DNA of 32,291 nucleotides from a virus (lineage: Duplodnaviria > Heunggongvirae > Uroviricota > Caudoviricetes): positions 1 through 32,291 of IMG/VR virus record IMGVR_UViG_2925939204_000003. One strand, 5' to 3'. A program made the translations under genes and the position numbers. The first letter of the stretch is position 1. Every line of letters starts with the position of its first letter. Under the pieces are notes generated by a model. The model had not been told where the DNA came from. It saw only the letters and a list, made by a program, of their open reading frames with translations, and ran no database searches. Of this stretch, positions 1 to 8,080 are shown piece after piece.

Positions 1-798
1 TTAATGAACATTCGTCGCCGAAAACGAGTCTGTATCATTAGCGTGATGCAGTCTCTGCAAAGGATCTTGTTGATAAAATTGGCAGAAACGTTGCCACAAT
101 GAAGGGAAACGAGGAGCAAAAAGTTCTGGGGCGCTAAAGAAATATTCAGAAAGTACGGCAAAACATTCAGCAGGATCGCTGGCTGCATAAGCATCAATGC
201 TCGCCGCATTCTCGCCAACCAATTCGATTTCTTCCTGAATGTTGTTCATTGCAGCATGAAGATCGTGTTCCCAGCCAGCAACCTCACGCAACGGAATAAA
301 GGGAACTCCGCTGGCGCGATCGCCGTTACGGGTGTCCAGCTTATGAGCGACTTCATGAATAATCAGGTTAAAACCAGAAGCATCAAAAGAATCTTGTATA
401 TCCAACCAGTTCAAAACGATAGGCCCTTGCTGCCAGCTCTGACCTGACTGAACAATACGTTGGTTATGCACCAGACCGATATCGTCTTCCCATTCATCAT
501 CGACCACAAATGGCGCAGGATAAATTAAGACTTCATGAAAACCATCCAGCCATTCCAGTCCTAACTCCAGAACGGGTAGGCAAAATAGAAGTGCTATCCG
601 GCAGCTTCTTAATGAATCCAGTTCAAAGCCCTGTAAAGGAACAAGCCGCTTTTGCTGTAAAAAACGTTCGGCAAGAGTGACTAATTTGCTTTGTTCCTGT
701 TCCGTCAGACACGTTAAAAGGGGGATCGATAGTGCTTCCTGCCAGGGAAGGGCAGTTTGATGTGCTGATTCTTGTACTTTCCAGGGCCACTTAATCAT
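1..798 (-). CDS. mtfA: MtfA (Mlc titration factor A, zinc-dependent peptidase family); host gene
   Basis: ORF 1..837 minus; product begins at internal MIKWPWK giving 265 aa, the known MtfA length; HEVAH zinc-peptidase motif present. Confidence 0.8.
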   Translation of the reverse strand: MIKWPWKVQESAHQTALPWQEALSIPLLTCLTEQEQSKLVTLAERFLQQKRLVPLQGFELDSLRSCRIALLFCLPVLELGLEWLDGFHEVLIYPAPFVVDDEWEDDIGLVHNQRIVQSGQSWQQGPIVLNWLDIQDSFDASGFNLIIHEVAHKLDTRNGDRASGVPFIPLREVAGWEHDLHAAMNNIQEEIELVGENAASIDAYAASDPAECFAVLSEYFFSAPELFAPRFPSLWQRFCQFYQQDPLQRLHHANDTDSFSATNVH

Positions 799-891
799 CG
801 TTTTGCTCGCAAACTCGTCACTTGAACAAAATTGCACGGACAGGGACTGTTAAAATGCCAAATTTCCTGGCATCATGGCAACCATCTGAAC

Positions 892-981
892 GGAGAGATG
901 CCGGAGCGGCTGAACGGACCGGTCTCGAAAACCGGAGTGGGGGCAACTCCACCGGGGGTTCAAATCCCCCTCTCTCCGCCA
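892..981 (+). tRNA. serU: tRNA-Ser (anticodon CGA), 90 nt with long variable arm
   Basis: GGAGAGA acceptor stem pairs with TCTCTCC, then GCCA; anticodon loop CUCGAAA; GGTTCAAATCC T-arm. Confidence 0.85.
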
Positions 982-1026
982 AAATTCAATCACTTACACA
1001 TCATTAAGTCAGTGACAAAAATCACA

Positions 1027-1063
1027 CTTGGAATTACTTGGAATATTTTCTTGGAATATTTTC
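1027..1063. repeat. Direct repeats CTTGGAAT x3, including tandem 13-bp TTGGAATATTTTC x2, overlapping the integrase stop; candidate arm-type Int binding sites in attL
   Basis: Copies at 1027, 1037 and 1050 seen directly. Confidence 0.45.
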
Positions 1064-2059
1064 AGGTAACGGGACATCAAGTGTTGGTGAAACTTTAACC
1101 TTCCTGTCATAGATTAGCACTTGCCCTTCGGTTTTGTGACCAGAGAAAAGTTGCTTATCCCGGCTGCTTCCTTCATAGTCTGAAATTCCTTTCGCCTTCA
1201 GATCATGAAAGGTGAAGTCGGTTAAAATACCTGAAATTTTGCCTGCGCGATTTCTTGCTTCTACCCACATTTCGTTAAAGCCTTTGTACATATATCGGTT
1301 GCCGTATTGATTGCTGATTACATAGGCGGATGTTGGTAACTGTTTTGCTTTTTCGATCGCCGCCTGTAATCGTGGACTCCATGCTTTTATCTGTTTTTTC
1401 CCTGTTTTCCCTTGCTGGATAAAGATCCCGTCGTTTCCAATCTGCTCCCATTTCAGCGATAACACATCGGAAACCCTCGCTGCACACAGATAGGCAATTT
1501 CCATTGCGATAAAAACAGGAAGAGGTGCAACGCTTAATACTGCCTGGTATTCTTTGTCGGTTACATATCGTTCGCGGTTTTTGGCCTTGAATTTACTTAC
1601 ACCTGCACATGGGTTAGCCTTCACGTACCCTCGCTCATACCCCCAACTGTAAACACGGGACATACTGCTTTTTTCATGGTTGGCTTGCGTTTTACTTTGC
1701 TCCCCTCTTTTGTCCATGTATCGACGGATGTGTTCTGGTTTTATGGAATCCGCTGGTACCTTACTGAATACGGCAAGCAACTTTTTTTGATGTTGCAGAT
1801 AATCTTTTTGTGTTCTTGGACTAAGGTCACTGTAATAGGCGCTGGCGAGGAATTTTTCCCACAAGCGACCGAATGTTATTGCACGATCGCGATTATCTAC
1901 AGTTTCCTCATACTTTTTCCATAAAGCAGCTAAACCATCCTTGATGGCGGTTAGTGTGACAGATTCTCTGGATGTTGGTTTCCATACATAACTATATTTA
2001 TTTGGGTATACATTTGGAGGTAATTTTTCGTGTTCAGGATTTTTCCTTCGTCTTCCCAT
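1034..2059 (-). CDS. int: Tyrosine recombinase, phage integrase (lambda Int-like)
   Basis: 341 aa ORF adjacent to tRNA; C-terminal catalytic region with HxxK..GH..Y arrangement (FTFHDLKAKG, SGHKTEGQVLIYDRK). Confidence 0.85.
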   Translation of the reverse strand: MGRRRKNPEHEKLPPNVYPNKYSYVWKPTSRESVTLTAIKDGLAALWKKYEETVDNRDRAITFGRLWEKFLASAYYSDLSPRTQKDYLQHQKKLLAVFSKVPADSIKPEHIRRYMDKRGEQSKTQANHEKSSMSRVYSWGYERGYVKANPCAGVSKFKAKNRERYVTDKEYQAVLSVAPLPVFIAMEIAYLCAARVSDVLSLKWEQIGNDGIFIQQGKTGKKQIKAWSPRLQAAIEKAKQLPTSAYVISNQYGNRYMYKGFNEMWVEARNRAGKISGILTDFTFHDLKAKGISDYEGSSRDKQLFSGHKTEGQVLIYDRKVKVSPTLDVPLPENIPRKYSK

Positions 2060-2262
2060 CAGATCGCACCAAAATTCGGCTCTACCTCGCGTGGTGGTAA
2101 AGTTTTATTGCAGGTAAATAGATCCCGGCTGACAATCGGTTTGCCACTACGATTGGTATAGAACGGAAGCCCGTTTTCCATTAACCATTTTCGCTGGTGG
2201 CTTGCATATTTGCAGCCCGTTAATATTAGCAATTCATCTTCGGTTAAAAATAAGCTGCTCAT
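2059..2262 (-). CDS. xis: Excisionase-like small DNA-binding protein
   Basis: 67 aa ORF directly upstream of int, stop overlapping int start (ATGA); position typical of xis. Confidence 0.6.
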   Translation of the reverse strand: MSSLFLTEDELLILTGCKYASHQRKWLMENGLPFYTNRSGKPIVSRDLFTCNKTLPPREVEPNFGAI

Positions 2263-2280
2263 AGCTATATCTCATAACCG

Positions 2281-2306
2281 CCGCTAACTATATACGGTTA
2301 GCGGCA
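2281..2306. promoter_or_regulatory. 9-bp inverted repeat GCCGCTAAC-N8-GTTAGCGGC between exonuclease gene and xis
   Basis: Perfect inverted repeat seen in sequence; no U-tract on either strand, so more likely a protein site than an intrinsic terminator. Confidence 0.3.
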
Positions 2307-2320
2307 ATTAGGGTTGAACA

Positions 2321-4762
2321 TTAAAAATCAGCCTGACTCGGGATCAGTTTTTGCCAGATAGCTGAAACGTATTTTGCCTGGTAACGAGCGTCATCAAGTG
2401 CATTATGGCGCTCACCTTCGAATGGAATAGCCGTTCTGGCATCGAAGTCTATGGCTTTCCCCAGCTCAACGATTGTGCGTACATCGCGATCGTTGTAGTA
2501 ACGCCACGGGCAGGTGATCCCCTGCCGTTCGTATGAACGGCGCAAAATCGTGTTGTCGAAGTTGGCTCCATTTCCCCAGACCTGAACAAAAAATTCACCG
2601 GAGTTTTCGTCGATAAATTCCCGCAATTGTAACAGTGCATCATCTAACGGGATTTCATCGGTCATAATGGCAGATTGCGCTTCGCGTGATTGCTTAAGCC
2701 ACCATTTAATGGTGTCCCGATCAATGACTCCGCCAGCAGTTTCCAGATCGATAGTCTTACTAAATTCCGGTCCCACATCTCCGGTTTGCGGATCGAAAAA
2801 TATTGCACCTATTGAGATGATCGGGGCATCAGGATTTTTTCCCATGGTTTCAAGGTCGATCATTAGATGGTCACACGTCCTGCTGGTGGATGTGATTTCT
2901 TGATGACCGTTCACCTTAATTGAGTGATCTGCCGTCTCGCCAGTTTCATTATCGCTATCGTGATGCTGATTGCCGCCAGTGTTCTCCTTGTGTGGATGTT
3001 CAGAGCCTTCCATTTTCTCCGGATCATTTTCCTGAACTTCAACCTGATTCTCTTCATCGAATGTTTCCTGGTATGTTGCGTCGCCCATCACCGCGCCACA
3101 ATCAGGGCAGTTGCCGCCACCGCTCTGACCGCAGGCGGTGCTGACTTTTTCCGGTTCCTGTTGCGCTACTGGTTCGGATTGTTTCGTTTCTGGCTCGTTT
3201 TGTAACGCATTTGGGCTGTTTTGTTCCGCTTTTTGGTCGTTCCGTTCCGATTCATGCTGGTTCTGGTTCACAGAATCGCGAGTCTGGATCCCCTTGACCC
3301 ATTTCGGATCATTAGGGTCGCTAATCCCCTCAACAAATTCACCACGCGATACAGCAAGTAACTTATCGGCGTCAGGCTGGCTGATATTGGCTGTCTGCAT
3401 AATTTTGTTTACTTCGTCAGCGGTGACTTTTACTTGGTTAGCGGAACTCACCTGCGACTGAGCATCCAGCGACTGCGCGTTCTGGCCATGTTCAGTTGTA
3501 TCCGGTTCCATTGTTTCAGTTGTTGCCTGTTCACCTGCCATTGCGTCAGATGGTTGTGGTTTTTCTTCTTCTGTTTCACGCTCAGTAACCACCTCGCGGT
3601 TAATTTCTTCCAGGATATCTTTTTCCGGCGTATGCCGGGCAGCTGTGAGAGTTTCCTTGCTGGGGTTCTCGTGATCAGTTTCCGTCAAATAGGCGTTGAT
3701 ATACCCCTGAAGGCGTCCCGGGTAGTGATAAAATTCAGGGTGTGCGCTTCGGATAAGTGCAAAAATAGCGGCGCGGGAATAGTCCAGAATACCCGGGGTT
3801 GCACGAAGTGCTGCGGACCATTCTTTGAACGGACTTTCTTTGTTCAGGACTACTTCTTTTGCGCGACGATAAACGCTGCCCGGAATTTCATAAATATTAA
3901 AATCCATCGGAAGTGTGGCTGCTGCAATCTCCACATCCAGTGTGTCGAGGGTGTGTACTAAATTCGGATTGCGATCGGTTTTGTTCCCACCGCCAGCATT
4001 AGCACCGGAAGCCGTGCGGGTGATGCGTGAAACACGATTTCCTTTCATCCACTCTTTTGTCAGCAGACCCCGATCAGTGTAGTCAGCGTCCAGGTATGCT
4101 TCGAAAAAAGCAGTTATTAGTCCCAGGTCTGAATTACCAGGATTAGGGAAAACTTTGTCAGTGTCACGAACCAGTTTGTGGAGGTCGCGAATCTCCAGCG
4201 AGTCGAGCAGACTGGTTTTATGCGAAATAGCCAGGGCAGTAACAGCCGGTAGTTCTTCAGCCCGTGCAATGTGTAATGCCTGGAGTTCGTCGCGTGAAAC
4301 GTGCGTTACTGGTTTTTCGCTGCCGTGTTGAGCAAGCCAACGAATGGGCAGTTCCTGACCGGAGACAGGCAGAAGCATGCTCTCCTCAATCTCAGTCATG
4401 TCTTCGCCGTTGATGTTGGTATTGTCAGTGCTGGCTGGTTTGTCCTGAACAGAGGGGGAAGGGCCGATAAATGTCATTGTGATGCCATCTTTCCCGCCTT
4501 TTTCATAGCGGTTGCAGAATTCAGTATCAAACACGCCTTCTGGCGGAAGGTCGTCAACAACGGGCAAATTGACGCGGACGGGTTTTTTAAAGTCGTCTTC
4601 ATCATAATCGTTGTCATCCATTGCGGTAATGCAGCGGGAGATTGCAACAGATAATTTTTTTGCTGTAGTCCAGTAAAAACCACCTTTAATTCCCAGGCGT
4701 TTTCTTACTTTGTCATTTTTTGCTTCGCAATATAGTGCAAATTCTTCTTTATCAGTGCTCAT
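2321..4762 (-). CDS. Large early-operon protein with C-terminal DEDDh-type 3'-5' exonuclease domain (position of the Qin ydfE/exonuclease gene)
   Basis: 813 aa; C-terminal [19 protein letters not shown] and [13 protein letters not shown] resemble DnaQ-like exo motifs I-III; N-terminal two-thirds acidic/Q-rich, low complexity; SD GAGGT upstream. Confidence 0.6.
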   Translation of the reverse strand: MSTDKEEFALYCEAKNDKVRKRLGIKGGFYWTTAKKLSVAISRCITAMDDNDYDEDDFKKPVRVNLPVVDDLPPEGVFDTEFCNRYEKGGKDGITMTFIGPSPSVQDKPASTDNTNINGEDMTEIEESMLLPVSGQELPIRWLAQHGSEKPVTHVSRDELQALHIARAEELPAVTALAISHKTSLLDSLEIRDLHKLVRDTDKVFPNPGNSDLGLITAFFEAYLDADYTDRGLLTKEWMKGNRVSRITRTASGANAGGGNKTDRNPNLVHTLDTLDVEIAAATLPMDFNIYEIPGSVYRRAKEVVLNKESPFKEWSAALRATPGILDYSRAAIFALIRSAHPEFYHYPGRLQGYINAYLTETDHENPSKETLTAARHTPEKDILEEINREVVTERETEEEKPQPSDAMAGEQATTETMEPDTTEHGQNAQSLDAQSQVSSANQVKVTADEVNKIMQTANISQPDADKLLAVSRGEFVEGISDPNDPKWVKGIQTRDSVNQNQHESERNDQKAEQNSPNALQNEPETKQSEPVAQQEPEKVSTACGQSGGGNCPDCGAVMGDATYQETFDEENQVEVQENDPEKMEGSEHPHKENTGGNQHHDSDNETGETADHSIKVNGHQEITSTSRTCDHLMIDLETMGKNPDAPIISIGAIFFDPQTGDVGPEFSKTIDLETAGGVIDRDTIKWWLKQSREAQSAIMTDEIPLDDALLQLREFIDENSGEFFVQVWGNGANFDNTILRRSYERQGITCPWRYYNDRDVRTIVELGKAIDFDARTAIPFEGERHNALDDARYQAKYVSAIWQKLIPSQADF

Positions 4763-4855
4763 TATTGGTAAACCTCATCACAGATTTAAGGGTGAACAAA
4801 TCTCTGCCATTGCTGACATATAAGAATGAAACTGGATATTTATTACGGTGCTGTT

Positions 4856-5047
4856 TTAAAATCCTGCCGGGATTTCGTTATTATCCTGGTGAATAACTTT
4901 ATCGACCGGATAACAGTTGCCTGGAATTTTCTGTTCGGTTGCTGCTGCCATACATTCCTGCTTTGTTCTGTGAACACTGACTGCAATATCAACTGGCTCT
5001 CCGGAAACAAGAAAAACCGTCAGAATAAGTGCAAATACTGGATTCAT
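4856..5047 (-). CDS. ydfD: YdfD-like small membrane protein (63 aa)
   Basis: Internal start MNPVFALILTVFLVSG with hydrophobic N-terminus; start overlaps dicB stop (ATGA); matches Qin operon order. Confidence 0.55.
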   Translation of the reverse strand: MNPVFALILTVFLVSGEPVDIAVSVHRTKQECMAAATEQKIPGNCYPVDKVIHQDNNEIPAGF

Positions 5048-5232
5048 TGTGCACATCCTTTTGGCATCAGACGTAAACGGGCCAGCATTGAAACAATGCA
5101 TACTTTATTTAATAACTCCCGTTCGTGTTTTCTTTTGTTAATGGCATCTTCAGTAAATACAGGATTACTGATAGTGACACCAATTTCAAAACAACCTTCA
5201 GACGTATTAACGTTTGGTAATAACGTTTTCAT
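5044..5232 (-). CDS. dicB: Cell division inhibitor DicB (62 aa)
   Basis: MKTLLPNVNTSEGCFEIGVTISNPVFTEDAINKRKHERELLNKVCIVSMLARLRLMPKGCAQ matches recalled DicB nearly residue for residue. Confidence 0.75.
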   Translation of the reverse strand: MKTLLPNVNTSEGCFEIGVTISNPVFTEDAINKRKHERELLNKVCIVSMLARLRLMPKGCAQ

Positions 5233-5401
5233 TATCGCGCCCTCAACAATGAGTTTTGTGATGCGGTGCCTGGTGCCTCCAGGTGACGTTAACCAGTTAA
5301 CAATTAACGCCGGATACAGAGAATCCACCCATAACACTGTTTTTGGTTTTAACTGTTCCGCGTGCGCTTAGCCGCATTCACCGCATCACAAAATTCACTT
5401 T

Positions 5402-5459
5402 AAAAAGGGCGGCAGAGCAGTCACGGAGTAAAACTGATACCGCCAAACGTCACCAGAAA
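5402..5459 (-). ncRNA. dicF: DicF small RNA (53 nt, 5407..5459) plus 3' U-tract of its intrinsic terminator
   Basis: Reverse complement reads UUUCUGGUGACGUUUGGCGGUAUCAGUUUUACUCCGUGACUGCUCUGCCGCCC then UUUUU; lies between ydfC and dicB as in Qin. Confidence 0.8.
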
Positions 5460-5799
5460 ATTGATAACAGAGGGCGTTGCAGCGGGGTTGTCACTTAAGC
5501 GTATGGTCAACCTGACAACCCGGTGTCCTCAACGGGGAAGGAATAACCCCGCCATACTTACCGCCGCGCCATTTCGCGGAGTGCCACAACCGGAAGCGCA
5601 CGGTCGACGAAAATTTAACGACAGGCTATCTATGAACCAGCTACCTCGCCGTGCGCTTTCGCGTTATGGTCTGACTTTTCAGGGAAATATCCTTTCAGTA
5701 AACTGTCAGTGCCGGATGCTCACCCGTGTCCGGCGCACGCACTCCACCTCACCCGTGGAGAACTCCTTAATTACCAACCTTAGCTTCGTTGGTTAGCTA

Positions 5800-6018
5800 T
5801 TAACGCGGGTATGTAATCATTCTGGCAATGCTTAATGCCGCTGCTTTTTCCAGATTGGTGATATCCTGCTCCAGAGCGGACAGATTTTCAGCCTGCTTAG
5901 CCCTGGCTTCATTAGCCCATTTCAGATCCTGCGCTGCATTAATTTTCTGGCGCATCCACTCATAAAGTTCATCATCGGTATAGTCTGGCGCGATTATGAC
6001 GGGTTCTCGTTTCTGCAT
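5800..6018 (-). CDS. ydfC: YdfC-like protein (72 aa)
   Basis: 72 aa ORF at the expected position upstream of DicF. Confidence 0.6.
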   Translation of the reverse strand: MQKREPVIIAPDYTDDELYEWMRQKINAAQDLKWANEARAKQAENLSALEQDITNLEKAAALSIARMITYPR

Positions 6019-6047
6019 ACTGATTCCTCGCGGTGCTACTTCGCTTA

Positions 6048-6176
6048 TCAGCCGTTAGATTTTGCCGAGCTGGAAAGCGCCTGTTTAAACTCACTGAAGC
6101 TGAGAGCTTCTTCGCCTTCGGCAAGGCCTTCGAAGTATTCTTCGTAAGCCTTTTCCATGATTGTGTCGAAATCCAT
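6048..6176 (-). CDS. ydfB: YdfB-like small protein (42 aa)
   Basis: Hand translation: MDFDTIMEKAYEEYFEGLAEGEEALSFSEFKQALSSSAKSNG; below the 60-aa ORF-track cutoff; sits between ydfA stop and ydfC. Confidence 0.55.
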   Translation of the reverse strand: MDFDTIMEKAYEEYFEGLAEGEEALSFSEFKQALSSSAKSNG

Positions 6177-6177
6177 A

Positions 6178-6333
6178 TCACTCACCTGAGTTTCTTTCCA
6201 GCCAGCGACGGGCACCATTTTCGGTTTTAAACGTTTTGCTTTTGGTATACGTCATCGCGGTGAACGTACCGTCCTGGTTGGGGAACACGCCACATACCAG
6301 AGATTCGCTGTTGCCAAGATCGATAGTATCCAT
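6178..6333 (-). CDS. ydfA: YdfA-like small protein (51 aa)
   Basis: Internal start MDTIDLGNSESLVCGVFPNQDGTFTAMTYTKSKTFKTENGARRWLERNSGE within ORF 6178..6414. Confidence 0.6.
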   Translation of the reverse strand: MDTIDLGNSESLVCGVFPNQDGTFTAMTYTKSKTFKTENGARRWLERNSGE

Positions 6334-6514
6334 GCTGACCTCATTTCCCCTTAACGCCGGGGTAGCGGAACAAAAACCTGCTGCATAGTTATTAAAGTTG
6401 AACCCTGCCGTCATGTTCTTACGCCTCGGGCTGGCTACTTAACCCCTGACCACTGCCTGGTAACTCGAAGTATTGCCCTGCATTCTGTGGGGCGGGGTGG
6501 GTTGGTATGCCGTT

Positions 6515-6534
6515 AAGGTAACAAGAGTTACCTT
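6515..6534. promoter_or_regulatory. Left operator candidate: palindrome AAGGTAAC-AAGA-GTTACCTT (core GTAAC-N4-GTTAC) with overlapping leftward promoter (-35 TTGACT on minus strand)
   Basis: Same GTAAC-N4-GTTAC core occurs twice in the repressor/cro intergenic region. Confidence 0.5.
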
Positions 6535-6575
6535 TCGAGTCAATACGATGTTGCAAAAGGTACATTTGAGAGCGT

Positions 6576-6600
6576 GAAAAACCCGCAATGAATGCGGGTT
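6576..6600 (-). terminator. Intrinsic terminator downstream of repressor gene
   Basis: Minus strand reads AACCCGCA-ttcat-TGCGGGTT followed by TTTTC. Confidence 0.6.
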
Positions 6601-6605
6601 CTGAC

Positions 6606-7280
6606 TCAGTCTAAGTATTGATGTATTTGTGAAACTTTACCTTTAATGGTGTAACCACCATTCAGTTCGATGGGTTTGTAAAGCGGATTCAGTGACAACA
6701 GATAGATGTTTGGTCCGTCAATCGCAACTTTTTTTAGTGTTACGTTTGGCGTTCCTTCCAATTGGATTAAGATTATTTTTCCCACCAGTTCTCTAATGTT
6801 ACTTGAGCATGGTGTGATCAGCACGGTAGATCCATCGGGGATGGTTGGGAGGCCGTTAGAGTTTGTCATCGCATCTCCCTCAACATGCAATAAAAAAGAG
6901 TTTTCAGCGGTTTTTGTCATGACATCAACCCAATTCTTAATGCCAGGAATCTCGGTTACTGGACAACTCATATCCCAATAACCAGCCTGTTCCCACGTTA
7001 AAACGGGCAACCGGGCGATGTTGTCACTAATGTAAAGATACTGATTCAGACGCAGATCATCGGTTTTATCGTGACCGTCCTTTCCATAAAGAATCCATTC
7101 AGGAGATTTGGAAAGCAATTTTGACAGTAGATGCAAATTCTCACCGTCAGGTTTTGAAGAGCCATTTTCCCATTTTGTTACGGATACACGAGATATGCCG
7201 ATTGCTTTCGCAACCTGCTGTTGGGTTAATCCAACGTCTTTTCGACGATTCCGAATACGTTCGCTGATAGTGTTTTTCAT
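6606..7280 (-). CDS. Prophage repressor, P22 C2 / lambda CI type (N-terminal HTH, C-terminal S24 LexA-like peptidase domain)
   Basis: N-terminus MKNTISERIRNRRK..LTQQQVAKAIGISRVSVTKWENG aligns with recalled P22 C2; S24 domain in C-terminal half; start set at M34 of the track ORF because the upstream extension is TTG-initiated and runs through the operators. Confidence 0.8.
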   Translation of the reverse strand: MKNTISERIRNRRKDVGLTQQQVAKAIGISRVSVTKWENGSSKPDGENLHLLSKLLSKSPEWILYGKDGHDKTDDLRLNQYLYISDNIARLPVLTWEQAGYWDMSCPVTEIPGIKNWVDVMTKTAENSFLLHVEGDAMTNSNGLPTIPDGSTVLITPCSSNIRELVGKIILIQLEGTPNVTLKKVAIDGPNIYLLSLNPLYKPIELNGGYTIKGKVSQIHQYLD

Positions 7281-7294
7281 GTAACCAATGTTAC
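7281..7294. promoter_or_regulatory. Operator GTAAC-CAAT-GTTAC abutting repressor start codon (OR3-like; PRM -10 TAACAT inside it, leaderless arrangement)
   Basis: Perfect 5-bp half-sites with 4-bp spacer immediately upstream of the ATG. Confidence 0.5.
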
Positions 7295-7315
7295 CACCAA
7301 GTGATGTTGCTATGG

Positions 7316-7321
7316 TTGACA
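7316..7321 (+). promoter_or_regulatory. Candidate PR -35 hexamer TTGACA for the cro-like gene
   Basis: Consensus -35 seen; no convincing -10 at 17-bp spacing, so promoter assignment is tentative. Confidence 0.35.
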
Positions 7322-7328
7322 TTGCTAT

Positions 7329-7342
7329 GTAACTATTGTTAC
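7329..7342. promoter_or_regulatory. Operator GTAAC-TATT-GTTAC in repressor/cro intergenic region
   Basis: Second copy of the same palindrome, 48 bp from the first. Confidence 0.5.
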
Positions 7343-7371
7343 TCTCCTGCTCGAAATAACAGGAGAGTTTT

Positions 7372-7587
7372 ATGTTCAAAGATGATGTTCTGCGCTATTT
7401 CAAAAAAAAGCGACTAGTAGCTGAGGCTCTTGGAATTTCACATGTGGCTGTTGTGCGGTGGCAAGCAGTTATTCCCAAACTTCGCGCAATGGAACTGGAT
7501 GAAATTACTAACGGTGAATTGAAATACAACCCAGAACTTTACAAGAAGCAGGATAGCACCTCGAACGAAGGAAAGAATGATTCATGA
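7372..7587 (+). CDS. Cro-like small HTH regulator (YdaS-like)
   Basis: 71 aa, divergent from repressor, SD AGGAGA upstream; HTH-like LVAEALGISHVAVVRW. Confidence 0.6.
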   Translation: MFKDDVLRYFKKKRLVAEALGISHVAVVRWQAVIPKLRAMELDEITNGELKYNPELYKKQDSTSNEGKNDS

Positions 7588-8009
7588 AAATCAAGCATGA
7601 ACACATCCGCATGGCGATGAATGCCTGGGCGCATCCGGACGGCGAAAAAGTACCGGCTGCGAAAATTACCAAAGCGTATTTCGAGCTGGGAATGACGTTC
7701 CCGGAACTGTATGACGACAGCCATCCGGAAGCCCTGGCTCGCAATACCCAGAAAATTTTCCGCTGGGTAGAGAAAGACACCCCTGATGCAGTTGAAAAAA
7801 TTCAGGCGTTGTTACCAGCGATCGAAAAGGCAATGCCACCTTTGCTGGTGGCCAGAATGCGCAGCCACAGTTCAGCTTATTTTCGGGAGCTGGTGGAGAC
7901 GCGGGAGCGACTGGTGAGAGACGCTGATGATTTTGTCGCAGTGGCAATCGCCGGTTTCAATCAGATGAACCGTGGTGGCCCGGCAGGAAATGCTGTGGCA
8001 GTACATTGA
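7584..8009 (+). CDS. YdaT-like regulatory protein (CII-position)
   Basis: 141 aa starting MKIKHEHI; start overlaps cro-like stop (ATGA). Confidence 0.5.
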   Translation: MKIKHEHIRMAMNAWAHPDGEKVPAAKITKAYFELGMTFPELYDDSHPEALARNTQKIFRWVEKDTPDAVEKIQALLPAIEKAMPPLLVARMRSHSSAYFRELVETRERLVRDADDFVAVAIAGFNQMNRGGPAGNAVAVH

Positions 8010-8080
8010 CTGACAATAGCCATATCGAATCGCTTCCGGCAACTCGTGAGTAAAAAGATTCGGTATCAGAAGAGGTGAGT

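Noticed and set aside
832-1098. 88-aa ORF on + strand overlapping tRNA-Ser
   Set aside because: Entirely overlaps the serU tRNA and the att region; no RBS; product repeats the tRNA sequence in translation
2667-3961. Several + strand ORFs of 74 to 175 aa antisense to the exonuclease gene
   Set aside because: Cys/Phe-rich low-complexity translations with no RBS, opposite the supported 813-aa ORF
5461-5796. 111-aa ORF on + strand between DicF and ydfC
   Set aside because: Antisense to the leftward operon leader that is processed into DicF; no SD; Arg/Pro-rich composition typical of a spurious frame
6606-7379. 257-aa TTG-initiated extended form of the repressor
   Set aside because: The extension would be translated from TTG overlapping the cro start and through both operators; M34 gives a product aligning with the P22 C2 N-terminus
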